Source: Callorhinchus milii (taxonomy: Eukaryota). Taken from it: DNA of 64,000 nt. The first letter of the stretch is position 1. The number at the start of each line of letters is the position of its first letter. The notes under the pieces are model-generated. The model saw only the letters and a list, made by a program, of their open reading frames with translations, was not told the origin of the DNA and ran no database searches. Shown one piece after another: positions 52,111-63,378 of the stretch. The stretch lies in NCBI RefSeq assembly GCF_018977255.1, contig NW_024704743.1, positions 24,366,001-24,430,000 on the forward strand. Direction: 5' to 3'. A program made the translations under genes and the position numbers.

Positions 52111-52299
52111 AATTGTTGAAACTCAAAGTTGCAATTAATAATTGTTTTACCAAACCACTGCACCCAATATATTTCAAATAAGAAATATTAGCTTTTAGTT
52201 GGAAGAAATTATAATCCTTACTTTGCGTAAATTATACTCTAAATTACTAACCACATCATATGGCATCCCAGTCAATTTAGGCTGTCACCTCCTCAAATA

Positions 52300-52500
52300 T
52301 TATCTGTCTGTTCAGGTGGATGTTAAAGATTCCACGTCATGGCCAACAATCCTCCAGGTAAAATTTAATTACTGTTTATGGGAAATTGCTGTCCGCAAAT
52401 TGCCTTGCGCATTTGCCCTAAATTACGCAATCACCACACTTTGCACTATCTTGAGAAGATGATAAGACAATCTATCAAATGCAAGAATCATTATTATAAT
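52300..52500 (+). mobile_element. Old DeuSINE relic
   Basis: ttcaggtggatgttaaagattcca..tgggaaattgctgtccgcaaattg..tatcaaatgcaagaatcattatt. Confidence 0.6.
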
Positions 52501-53384
52501 TTGCGATCCCTAAAGGTGAGGCCTCAGGGTCCAACCTCTCCTCATGGCATACATAGATGATGTCATGTAAGAGATTTTCCAGCAGGACCTTTCAGAGTGG
52601 CATCCAGAAGTAATCACGTCCATCTTGAAGCACTAGTAAGCATCGACAGTTTGTTTTAGTCCTTAATTCATCTTTTAAGGTCTCTAACCGCAAATGGTCA
52701 GTGATTGGTTGAAAGGGAAGCCACTTTATGTGCCACAAGTTACAATGGCGAATCAATAACATGCACGCCCCCAAATCAATGTTTATTTAACTGAGCCTGT
52801 ACATATGGAAATTCAATCCTCTGAATTTGCAAATATATCACCTAAAAAGTTAAATATATTATATTAATTATATACATAGAAACACATATTTCAAGGTCAC
52901 TGATGTTTCTATTTTTTTCAATCACTCACCATTGTGACTTGTTTTTTTCTGTGGTTTCCTTTTCCTCCACAAAACTCAGAAGCTACATTATTTTCCACTA
53001 GATACCTATTCAGTCTTCAGCATATACAAGATCATTTCTTTGATCTTGCAAACAGTTTAATTTACTACCTCTCTGCGTCGACTTATCTGTTGTACTAAAC
53101 TTCACGAAAATCACTAAGCTAAGAAAACCACATACACACTGAAAACCATCAAAACGTTACTTTCTTTTAACACTCCTAACTCGCTTCCAAATTCAACTAC
53201 TGCTAATACTGAAAATCTATAATGTAGCATTAACATTTTTTTCTCTTTTTGACAATTATACACATTGCAAAATAATAAAACTTGTTGAAGGTGATTGAGC
53301 TTGCAATCGTGTGCCTCCAACAGAAATGACAGTATTTAAAGGTGCATTAACCTCATGTTTACCACAGAGAATGTGAGAATAATT

Positions 53385-53520
53385 TGCTCGGGTGATAGAG
53401 TGAGTTAAAATACTGTGCTTTCACCTCTAGGATTGAATTTGAATCTACCCAAATTGATTAAGTGAAAGTATTATTTTCATCAGTTCTATGGATCATAAAT
53501 GACACAAGGTTGGGCAAACA
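53385..53520 (+). mobile_element. LF-SINE-like ancient SINE relic
   Basis: agtgagttaaaatactgtgctttcacctctagg..ttgaatctaccca..tgaaagt resembles the recalled LF-SINE head (gatactgagcctttcacctctagg..cgaatccagccca..gaaagt). Confidence 0.45.
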
Positions 53521-54269
53521 CAACAACATCAAATTGCATTTATAAAATGCCTTTCACATCAGAAGGATGTCCCAAGGTGCTGAAACGTAACAGTTTCCAT
53601 TGAGTGTGCAGCACAAACCTGTCTAAAATTCAAAAACAGAAACTGAACTCATTAAAGGTCATAATAGTGTTGATCTGGAAGGCAAAATCATTGAGCAATA
53701 TGAAAGCCTTCTCTGAGGTTGTGGTTAAGACTTATTGTGGAAAGACTCAGGTAAAAAACAAAAAAAATCTGTGTCTCACTCTTTTTGGAGGAAACGAATC
53801 ATGTGCAAAACTACTGGCAGTTAAAGATGATATCAAATCATATAGTGTTACCAACACCATCAATCAACAAGAGAGGAAGAGGCAAACCAAGTAATTACAG
53901 GCCAATGAATTTAGCATCACTTACAGGCAAATTATTAGAATTCCTCGAGACCCCCAAGGTGACTACCACAACTTGCATTTGTATAGCACCCTTCACGTCA
54001 GATGGCATTTCAGAGCACTTGCACATCACAAGCTGTCCTAAAGGCCCTTCCAACCACACTGAAGGCAATTGTCCAACAGATAGCTGTTGAGGAAACTCTG
54101 AGGCTTGGGCGACAGCTGCTGGAAAATATTACCTGGAGTCCGAGTTCTGCAGTCTCGGACATACGTTTGTACATCCAGCTCCTGGAATCCACCTTGGTTG
54201 GCTTGCAGAAAGGCAAGCAGCTGCTGCTTAAACTCCCTCCACACCTCCAAATGGTGAAACACATCTCCT

Positions 54270-54632
54270 GTAAACCCCGAAAGCCAAAGCCCTAGCAGGT
54301 AGGGTGGTCCTAACTGGACAAGCAGAGGAAAAGCTTACCGTACAGTGCTATCAATGGCAAGCTATGTGGTTTTAGCTGGTTAGAATCCAGAGTTCCCCAA
54401 CACACACTCTGGGTCCCCAAGCTTTGGCTCTTGCCAACCTGCGGCAAATACCCTCCGGAATTAGGTAAGCGGGATGAGTCCCTCCAGAGAGAGAGTGCGC
54501 ATTCCATTCCAACAATTTATCTCTGGAGTTTCCATGTGTAGATGGGATGCATGGAATTCTCTGTTTGGTTTGGATACTCTTAAGCACGGTGATGAGTTTC
54601 CGCATATGACAGACACCCGGCTACCATCCCCC
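54270..54632 (+). repeat. Unclassified dispersed repeat R1 (best copy)
   Basis: Collinear with 26680-27021 and with the reverse complement of 24920-25160. Confidence 0.8.
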
Positions 54633-54754
54633 ACCAAATATTAGAATTCTATCTCCAGGGTCAGAGTAACTGAGCGTTTAGATAAATATGAACCAAACAG
54701 GGAGTCAACATGGTTTGTGATAGATGATATCTGACAAACCTTAAATAATACACT

Positions 54755-54845
54755 CATTTGCAGGTGCACCAAGCAGCCAAAAAGGTTAAAGGAATGTTGG
54801 GCTATATAACAAGGAGTCAGGAATATAAAAGCAAAGAAATGCTGC
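54755..54845 (+). mobile_element. CR1 fragment
   Basis: Peptide QVHQAAKKVKGMLGYITRSQEYKSKEMLL; a further CR1 piece (NYRPMNLASLTGKLLE) lies at ~53880-53945. Confidence 0.7.
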
Positions 54846-54867
54846 TCTGTTGTGAAGAATACAGTGG

Positions 54868-55690
54868 GGGGTTCAACTTCCAAATGTATGTGGATGACAC
54901 TCAACTCTATCTCTCTGCCTCCAACCTCAACCCCAGGACCACTGATGTCCTGACAGACTGCCTGTCAGACATCAAGTCCCGGATGAGAGCCAACTTTCTA
55001 CAGTTGAATGTCAGCAAGACCGAGGCTTGCACCGGCATTTCCGCAACTCAGGCACTGGCAGCATCAGCATCCAAGGATAATAATAATAATAATCTTTGCA
55101 TTTGATATAGCGCTTTTCACGTCTTCTAGACATCCCAAAGCGCTTCACAGAATATACTGTAAAGTGAATTGACTGTATATTTGTGGGCGAACGCGGCAGC
55201 CAATTGCGCACAGCAATGTCCCACAAACAGTCGTGGAATGAAAATGACCAATTTATTTTTGTTTTGTTTTGGAGGGATTATTATTAGGCGTGTGGAGTAA
55301 GGAAACTTGCCCAAGGTTTCGCCCTGTCTGGAATTAAACTCAGGTCTCTCGCTTGCAAAGTGAGTGCTCTAACAGGACTGAGCTACAGGACTCTGCCTGT
55401 AGGTGAGGTGGAGCATGGCTGCACACCTCCTACGTGGAGTCCTCTTGTCGGCCCTCCCAACTCTTCCTTCCACAAACTGCAGATAATGCAGTACTCTGCA
55501 GCTCGTGTCCTCTCCCACACCAGGCTTCGTGACCCCATCACACCCACCCTCGCCCGGCTCCACTGCTTCCCCATCCCTCAGAGGATCGAGTTCAAAATTC
55601 TCGTCCTCACCTTCAAGGCCCTCCATAGCCTTGCCCCCTCCTACCTCTCCGACCTGCTAACCCCTATCAACCTGTCCGCTCCCTCCATTC
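54868..55690 (+). mobile_element. L2 fragments split by a SINE
   Basis: Peptides FQMYVDDTQLYLS..CLSDIKSRMRANFLQLNVSKTE and HKLQIMQYSAARVL..PITPTLARLH..IEFKILVLTFKALHSLAPSYLSDLL. Confidence 0.88.
55078..55393 (-). mobile_element. Full-length young tRNA-SINE, short variant
   Basis: (AAT)n tail to head ..ctgagctacaggactc; CpGs retained. Confidence 0.93.
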
Positions 55691-56567
55691 ACAAGTATTC
55701 TATTCCTTTCCCTTACATTAAGTTTTGAACAACGCATGCATTTTATGTTGAACAAGCTTTGGGTACATTTGGATATTGTCAAGAGCTTTGAGATGTCCTC
55801 CTGACATGAAAGGCGCTAAATAAGTATATACTATACGCAACTAAGTGATACTCAACTACATTCCTAAACTGGAAATATTCCTCTGTATTTTATCTCAAAA
55901 GAAAACCTCAGGAGAGAATCAGCAGGACCAACCATTGATACCAAAGAAATACCAACAATAATCACTTGAAAAGTACTTTTTACACAGGATAGACATCTCA
56001 AAGTTCTACATAAAATGTGAATAACTAGAAATAGAATGAATGTTTTATGTAGGCAAATGCTACAGCTAATTTACACCAGCACATCCCACACACAATGAGG
56101 TAAGTAACCAATTAACAAAACAGGGAAGATGAAGAAACGTAACTTCATTTTAAAATTATTTATTAAATCATTGTAAAAGTAATGTAAGCTGTAACTGTGA
56201 GGCGCTTTGAAAAATCTCAACAATGTGATAAGGTGCTATGTCTAATGCAAGGATTATTATTATTCATCTGCAGTTCACTGTGCCAAGCAAAGATCTGATG
56301 GTTCTCCAGAGGAGGAGAGAAAAATCAGAGAGAGAAGTCCTTTGACTATTTTCACAAATGTACTAGGTGAGCCAGAATAGCATTGGTGGAAGACGCCACC
56401 CCCTCATGCACAAGTTGTTGTGGCTCAATGAGCCCAGGATTGCTGAAAAGTTCAAATGTATGAGATAGAAGCTTGAGATAGAAGAACGTTCACATGAGCA
56501 ACACTGTATCAAAGCATTTCCTATCGTCCACCTGGATTTACTCCTGTTTCTATGCAAAATATACAAA

Positions 56568-56742
56568 ATTACATTTGTAAAGCACCTGTCAGGTCGGGGG
56601 GACGTCCCAAGGCGCTGAACAGTCAGAGGGATTAGGACTCGAGCGGGTGGTGGGTGGGAGGCGGGTTGGAATCAGGGAGGGTGGAGGGCAGAGAGGGGAG
56701 GATGGTGGCTGAAGGCACGGTCGACGAAGAGGGTCTTGAGGC
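56568..56742 (-). mobile_element. L2 3' tail
   Basis: gtcggggggacgtcccaaggcgctgaacagtcag..aaggcacggtcgacgaagagggtcttgag. Confidence 0.75.
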
Positions 56743-57340
56743 AAAATAGAAGAGGTACTGTATAGAAAAGGCTCATACTTGAAGATCAAAGATGGCTCTG
56801 AAAAGGTTATCTAACGTTCATTATTGTGAAGGATTCATAACAGTGATTTCCTTCTTTAAAATTAGTACACCAAATAAATACAGTTGTGTTTCAAATGATT
56901 ACAAAAGGATCCCATCATAGTGCCCTCTGGAAAACGCTTCCTTGCATACAGCAGTCTACTATGAACCTATACTAACCAGAAGCACAGACATCTAATTTCC
57001 TCCTCTAATAATTTGCCAAATATCAATGAGCCTGTATATTGTTATCTGGCCCTATTCCTTTCCTTTTTCTTAAACAGTGGTATATCAATGGCTTTTGGTA
57101 GCATTTCTGTTACTGAAGAATTTTGGAATATAACAATCGTTACCTTTGCTATTTCATCACTAATTGCCCACTGCGGTGTAAACCAACTGAGCGTAGTGAC
57201 TTGTCAACTTTTAAGTTCCTTTAAATCTTCTAATACTACTTCTATTTAAGATTTATACCTCATGTTATATTTACCATTTTCAAATTTAACTCTGGTGATA
57301 CTGCTACCACTTGAAATAACAGTTTGACAGTATGTGGTTA

Positions 57341-58110
57341 AACAACAACAAAATTAAATTTATAGAGTGTCTTTCACATCGGGAGGACGTCCCAAAGCGC
57401 TGAACAGTCAGGTGTCGGGGCCCGAGCATGGGGGAGGGGTGGTGTAGGGGTGAGGGAAGGCAGAGAGGTGGGAGAGTGACCAAAGGCACGATCAAAGAGG
57501 AGGGTCTTGAGACCGGCTTTGAAGAAGGCGAGGGAGGAAGCGAGACGAAGGGACCATGGGATGGAGTTCCAGAGTGTGGGGGCAGAAAGTCTGAAAGCCT
57601 GGCTACCAATGGTAGGGCGGGTCGGGCGGGAGACATGGAGCAGACCGGAGATCGCTGAACAGAGGGAGCAGGCAGGGTAGAGTCAGCAGGTCAGAGAGGT
57701 AAGAGGGGGCAAGGCCATGGATGGCCTTGAAAGTGAGGACAACAACAACTTGGATTTATATAGCGCCCTCCACGCGGGACGGTCTCAGAACGCTTCACAG
57801 TAATGGATCCCGGGGCCGAGCCAGGGGGAGGGGGCAATCGAAAAGAAAAGTCTTCAGCTGAGACCTGAAAATAGGAAGAGAAGTGGCGAGACGAAGGTAA
57901 TGAGGAAGGGAGTTCCATAGCCTTGGGGCGTAGTGGCTGAAGGCACAGCTGCCGATGGTGGAGCGGAGGATTCGGGGGATGAGGAGGAGGCCAGACCTAT
58001 TGGAGCGAAGGCAACGGGCACTGTTGTGAGGAGAGAGGAGATCAGAGAGGTGGGGGGGTGCAGAGGAGTGCAGGGATTTGAAGACAAGGGTGAGGATCTT
58101 AAAATCCTCA
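57341..58110 (-). mobile_element. Two adjacent L2 3' ends of different subfamilies (57341-57738; 57739-58110)
   Basis: Two separate (CAA)n tails, each followed by L2 ORF2 C-terminal sequence. Confidence 0.85.
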
Positions 58111-58274
58111 CCCTTGTCTTTTTGGGAAAAAGTGATGAATATTGATGTGGATGGTGAGAGACTGCAAGAGGAGTCAAATGGAATAACGCAATGGGTTGAT
58201 CAGTGTTAGATGGGGTTCAATGAAGGGAAATGCAAGGTGATTCATTTTGGTAAAAAAAGGAAGAGAATATACAT

Positions 58275-58497
58275 TAATAATAATAATAATAATCCTTGCA
58301 TTTGATATAGCGCTTTTCACGTCGGGAGGACGTCCCAAAGCGCTTCACAGAACACACTGTAAAGTGAATTGACTGTATATTTGCGGGCGAACGCGGCAGT
58401 CAATTGCGCACAGCAATGTCCCACAAACAGTCGTAGATTGAAAATGACCAATTTATTATTGTTTGGGGTTTTTTGGAGGGATTATTATTATTAGGCG
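58275..58497 (-). mobile_element. Young tRNA-SINE 3' part, nested in CR1
   Basis: Near-identical to the reverse complement of 60975-61187. Confidence 0.92.
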
Positions 58498-58782
58498 AAT
58501 ATTGAATGGAAGTGAGCTGATGAACAAAGGGATTTGGGAGGGCAGGTACATAAGTCATTGAAAGAGGCATCGCAAATGACAAGGACAGCGAAGAAGATTA
58601 ATAGTATGCTGGGTTTCATACACAAGGGCATAGAGCATAAAAGAAGTTATGCTAAGTATGGTGCACATTGGGGTGCCATCCAAAAGCGGCAAGTGCACTT
58701 TATCAGGGGGTGTGCAGGCGCGCACATGCATGGAGTGCACACAGGGGAAAATCCTGACCGTCTTAAAGAGTCCCAAAAAAAT

Positions 58783-59016
58783 GTGTGCACAACCTGTCCA
58801 CACGCCCCACTAAGAGGGAAGGGATAGGGAGGGGGGGGTACAAGACTCCATTTGTAACTGTGTCCTGCAAAGGGCAGCAGAACCCCGAGGCGGGGAAGCT
58901 TTAGTCCCTTCACCAAAGTGGAGGGCGCAGAGGCAACCGCCCCCCACCCCCCCCACCCCGCCACAAGGGGCCAGGTCTGTTGCGTTCTGTAACGGGATAA
59001 TAACATGTTGCTTCTT
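58783..59016 (-). repeat. Unclassified dispersed repeat R2
   Basis: Reverse-complement homolog of 26100-26330, inserted within CR1. Confidence 0.75.
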
Positions 59017-59504
59017 AATAATAATAATCTTCTTTTCTGTAATGGGTTTGATACTGTCTGAGACAGGCGTAAATATATATCAACAAATAAATATGTATAT
59101 TTTGATCAAAAAAAAATTGGTTGGGCAGCATTATGAGTATTGCATCCAGTTCTGAGCACCTCACTTTATGAGAGATGTTAAGGCCTTGCAGGGGGTGCAG
59201 AGGTTTACAAGAATAATTTTGGGGATAAAGGGCTACAGTTATGAGTAGAGACTGGAGAAGCTGGGCCCTTTTTTCATTGGAGCAGAGAAGGTTGAGAGGG
59301 TACCTTATCAAGAAGTATTAAATCATGGGGGTTTTGTTTGGATAATAAGAGAAGTTATTTCCACTGGTTGGGGAGTCAGTAACTCGAGGACATAGATATA
59401 AGATTGACAAGAGTGAAAGGGGAACTTAGGAGGTTTTTTTTACACCCAGATAGTTGGGATGTGGAAAGTCCTGCCGAGTAAAGTGGTGGAGGCAGATTCC
59501 ATTT

Positions 59505-59878
59505 GTAGATTTCAATTTCAAGATCCTCACATTTTCAAATCCCTCCATGACCTACCTCTCCGACCTGATTACTCCCCAACCCACTGCCTCCGTTCGACTG
59601 GCTCCGGTCTTCTGCTGTACCCTCTGTTCCACCATCAGTGACCGTGCTTTCAGACACTATACCGCGAAACTCTGGAACGTTCTTCCTCTATTCTTCCGCC
59701 TTATCCTTCCGTCCCCATCTTCGACTTGCACCTGAAGACCTGCCTCTTCGACTATGCCTAAGGTCACCTCGCCCCTTCTCCCTGCTCGGCATCGTGTACT
59801 GCCACTGTCAAACACTCTGGGCCGCTACCCTGCGTGAGGGGCGCTACATAAATGCAAGTTGTTGTTGTTGTTGTTGTA
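59505..59878 (+). mobile_element. L2 3' end nested in CR1
   Basis: Peptide FNFKILTF..TYLSDLITP..RAFRHYTAKLWNVLP; (TTG)n tail. Confidence 0.85.
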
Positions 59879-60865
59879 GCTTTTAAGAGGGAAGAACACA
59901 GGCATACGAAAGAGGGGCTTAAAGGGGAATAGGGATAATGGGGGGCTGTAGGATTGAAACAATATCTTTGCTCTGTGAACCATTGCAGACTTGATGAGCA
60001 GAATGGCCTCTTTCTATCCTAAAGAAAATAACAATGTAAGAACTACAGTACACAGAATTATAAATAATGATATGGTGCAGAAAGAGGATATTTGGCCCAA
60101 CTTATCCATGCCAGTGTTTATACTACACGAGACCCCACGACTTCCTATTCCCCTCCTATAACCCTCTATCCCCTCAGCTCAGGTCCGAAACTCTGTTTGT
60201 CGAGTGCCTCGGGACATCTTCCCGACGTGAAAGGCGCTATATAAATAGTTATCTGAAGCATTTATACACTCCTGATTTTGTGGAAGTCTTTTTGCTGATT
60301 TGCAAAATTATGCCCAATCGGTAATGTATATGCAGTCTATATTATATAGCATCTGTTAAAAAGAAGCGAATCCATTTATTTAATGATTTTAAAATAAAGT
60401 TAGAATTTGAAAGAGTAACTAGTAATTTATATGCAGGAAACAACACTGTTTCCCCCCCCACCCACCTTGTGTGTTGCTAAACCAAAGCAAAGCAGAAGTG
60501 ACAATGCACTAACCGCCTCTAAACATTATTATTAAACATTATTAAACATTCTCCATAAACAATGAGAAGATTGAAACCGAACAGACTTATTTCACGTTAG
60601 TTCACATACTCAGCATGCACCAAAACACTGACTTTTTTAAAAAAATATACCTCCCCACCATAATCAGAAGCAATTAAACAGGGATTTCAGTGCTTTCGAC
60701 ACGTAGCTTTAAAAGCATTATTCAAAATAATACACCGCTTGTGTAATTTCCCCCACAATCTGTTGCAAATTATATTCCAAAAAAAAAATGCTTGTCATCA
60801 CAGCGGAAAGGCAAAAGTTTCCTGCCAACATCATTTGTGCAGTGCGTTAGGTATCGTACGTATCT

Positions 60866-61187
60866 GGAGTCCTGTAGCTCAGTGGTTAGAGCACTCGCTT
60901 TGCAAGCGAGAGACCTGAGTTCAATTCCAGGCAGAGGGCGAAACCTTGGGCAAGTTTCCTTACTCCACACAGAGCCTAATAATAATCCCTCCAATAAAAA
61001 CAATAATAAATTGGTCATTTTCAATCTACGACTGTTTGTGGGACATTGCTGTGCGCCATTGGCTGCCGCGTTCGCCCACAAATATACAGTCAATTCACTT
61101 TACAGTGTGTTCTGTGAAGCGCTTTGGGACGTCCTCCCGACGTGAAAAGCTCTGTATCAAAATGCAAGGATTATTATTATTATTATC
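60866..61187 (+). mobile_element. Full-length young tRNA-SINE, short variant
   Basis: A box TAGCTCAGTGG, anticodon arm CTCGC-TTTGCAA-GCGAG, B box GTTCAATTCC, (TTA)n tail. Confidence 0.95.
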
Positions 61188-61459
61188 ATTGCTACTTCAG
61201 AAAACAGAGAGGATTCTCCCAACGCTCACACAGAGCGAAAAGGTGCGTTACTGTAAAAAAAAAACCCAACAAAGAAAGGCTCCATCTCGTTCCTCTCCAC
61301 CACTGTACTGAAACGCTCGGAAGTCTCAATAAAAATAAAACAGTCGGTGTGAAATTTAAGGGCTCATTCATTATTCCTTTGGGGGTTGGGGCTAATTTGA
61401 AGACAACAAAAGAAAACCATATCTTTTGTCAGCAGCTGATACCGGAATGACACATTATT

Positions 61460-61760
61460 GACCAAACGCCGTCAGACGCCCTTCAGCGCGAGCGCCCGCC
61501 CTCCCTCCCGCCCAACCGCCCGCGCGCGCGCGCCGCTGCCGACCGAACGCCGCGCGCCGCCACGCGGCCCTCGCGGTCCTGCGGGAGAAGGGGCCGCGTT
61601 TGTGACGTGGGCCTCGCCGGCCCAAGCACGTGCGGGGCGGGGCGGGGCGCGCGCGGGGCGCGAGGGGAGGGGCGGGGGCGGGGCGGCCGCGTGAGGCTTT
61701 AAACGGTCGTTGGGAGTGTTGGCGGTTGAGAGCTTCAGTTTAGCAACTGCCACTCGCGGG
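61460..61760 (+). promoter_or_regulatory. CpG-island promoter of an unidentified + strand gene
   Basis: Abrupt GC/CpG-rich block with multiple GGGGCGGGG Sp/KLF boxes, TGACGTGG (~61603-61610), CACGTG (~61627-61632), GCGCGC runs and TTTAAA at 61698-61703. Confidence 0.85.
61705..61759 (+). other. Probable non-coding first exon (start approximate)
   Basis: Ends in consensus donor CGG|GTGAGT at 61759/61760 just downstream of the GC boxes; contains no ATG. Confidence 0.65.
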
Positions 61761-61771
61761 TGAGTCCACAG

Positions 61772-62376
61772 GACAGACAGACAGACAGACAGACAGACAG
61801 TGAGTGAGTGAGTGAGTGAGTGACCTGACCATACTGTGTAAACCAAATCTGGGGTCATGTATATTATATATATATATATACATAACATATATACAAATAT
61901 TGGACCCAACCCAAATTCCTGATGCTGGCAGTGCTGGAGAAGCAGCGTGTGGGTTAATGGCTGTGTTTCCCCAGTGAGCGCGTGTGTGTGTGTGTGTGTG
62001 TATATGTGTGTGTATGTATGTATGTGTGTGTGTATATGTGTGTATGTATGTATGTTACAATTTTATTGCCATTGCATCGCGGCACCGCATCCTCCAGGAC
62101 CCCCCCCCCCTTTCGGGGTAATTCGGGGATGTACGTCCTTACCAGAAAGACATATCGATGCGGGCGGACCGGCCGCAACCTCAGGGCTCGGCGGAGGGGA
62201 AGTCACACTTGTCCACGTGTCGCCCACAGAGTATACAGTCACTACAGTCAATACACTTTATTGCTGTGAAGCGCTTTGAGGATATTATTATTATATCTCT
62301 CACACTGTAAAATAAATACATACAGACACACACACACACACACAGATGGGTGGGTGGGTGGGTGGATGGATGGATG
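61772..62376. repeat. Microsatellite cluster in putative intron 1
   Basis: (GACA)n and (GTGA)n 61772-61823, (TA)n ~61860-61880, (TG/TATG)n 61982-62055, (CA)n ~62326-62344, (GGTG)n(GGAT)n ~62347-62376. Confidence 0.9.
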
Positions 62377-62596
62377 ACAGACATTTGGTGCAGAGCGTTT
62401 CACATCGGGAGAGGACCTCAAAGCACTTCACGGGGTTTTTACCGTGAAGGGTAAAACAGAGGAATTTCAATGTAAGGAAGGAAGGGGTCTGAGCTGGTGG
62501 TCTTGATCTTGTCGTGTCGCACATTTTTGCGCCGGCCATAATCATGGGTTGTGTTCTGTACCTATTTGTTAGACTAGCAAATTGGTTAGATCACTA

Positions 62597-63040
62597 TAAT
62601 AATAATAATCCTTGCATTTGATATAACGCCTTATCGTGTCTTCGAGACGTCTCAAAACGCTTCACAGAATCTACCGTAAAGTGAATTGACCGTATATTTT
62701 GTGGGCGAACTAGCCTTGCAAGGCCCTGGGTTTGATTCCCGGGCGGGACGAAACCGTAGGCAGGTTTATTTACACCACAAGCCTCTGTTTACCTAGCAGT
62801 AAGTAGGAACCTGGTTGTTAGTTGAGTCGCAGATTGCTAATAATAATAACAGTCTTTGCAAAAAAAAAAGTAGTCATTCAATCCAGGACTGTTTTGTGGG
62901 ACACTTGTGCACAATTGACTGCCACGTTTTGCTCACAAATATACAATCAATTCACTTTACAGTATATTCTGTGAAGCCCTTTGAGATGTCTCAGTGATGT
63001 GACAAGGTGCTATGTCAAATGCTAGGATTATTATTATAAT
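62597..63040. mobile_element. Inverted SINE pair: minus 3' fragment (62597-62710) and plus long variant (62712-63040)
   Basis: (AAT)n tail at left, (TTA)n tail at right, module ctctgtttacctagcagtaagtaggaacc in between. Confidence 0.88.
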
Positions 63041-63101
63041 TATAGGTTAAATGAATGGCATTACTTGTTTTGGGTAGTCCTTATTTTATTCTTTTTAAAA
63101 G

Positions 63102-63155
63102 GCTCAGTTTACTCCATAACTAAAATCAACAAACGTGGTTTCTTATCAATTGCAG
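63102..63155 (+). other. Candidate exon 2 (54-nt UTR exon, or the start of a longer exon)
   Basis: Acceptor tccttattttattctttttaaaAG at 63101; TTGCAG|GTATAT at 63155 could be a donor or an alternative acceptor. Confidence 0.35.
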
Positions 63156-63195
63156 GTATATTGCAAGAGGCATATTTGAGCTGTAATACTTCCGA

Positions 63196-63378
63196 ATGTC
63201 AGAATTCTTTAAGAAACTAGGTCACCAAGAGCCGAATCTGAATGAAAGAGACCAAGAAGTTTTCAACTTTGTAAAGCAATGCTTCGACCGTGACACAAAA
63301 AGTGGTCTGTATCAAACAAAGTTTCTGTACAAGCCTGATTCAAATCGAACAATTCATATTTGTTGTGACATATTTTAA
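63196..63378 (+). CDS. Candidate 60-aa small ORF (uORF, microprotein or first coding exon); product unknown
   Basis: True ATG with an in-frame upstream stop, non-repetitive, several CpGs retained, just downstream of splice acceptors; weak Kozak (cgaATGt) and no recognised homology. Confidence 0.25.
   Translation: MSEFFKKLGHQEPNLNERDQEVFNFVKQCFDRDTKSGLYQTKFLYKPDSNRTIHICCDIF

Larger units (their letters stand above)
58195..60020 (+). mobile_element. Old CR1 LINE fragmented by nested SINE, R2 repeat and L2
   Basis: CR1 pieces in order: ttcaatgaagggaaatgcaaggtgattcattttgg; AKKINSMLGFIHKGIEHK; gagtattgcatccagttctgagcacctcac..gagcagagaaggttgagaggg; 3' UTR gatgagcagaatggcct. Confidence 0.8.

Noticed and set aside
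52545-52774. AYIDDV (plus strand) and PITDHLRL (minus strand) resembling RT and RNase H motifs
   Set aside because: Opposite strands, an immediate stop after the first, and no supporting context; likely chance
60866-60940. tRNA-Ala/Val-like genes (also near 9793, 46538, 49150, 55320)
   Set aside because: These are SINE heads: the acceptor stem is imperfect and each continues into SINE body sequence
61458-62279. ORFs over the CpG island and microsatellites
   Set aside because: Arg/Ala/Pro/Gly-rich or CV-repeat translations expected from GC-rich and simple-repeat DNA
63196-63222. MSEFFKKLG resembles the CDC42SE1 N-terminus (MSEFWHKLG)
   Set aside because: No following CC motif, basic stretch or CRIB domain; nine residues are insufficient to assign a gene
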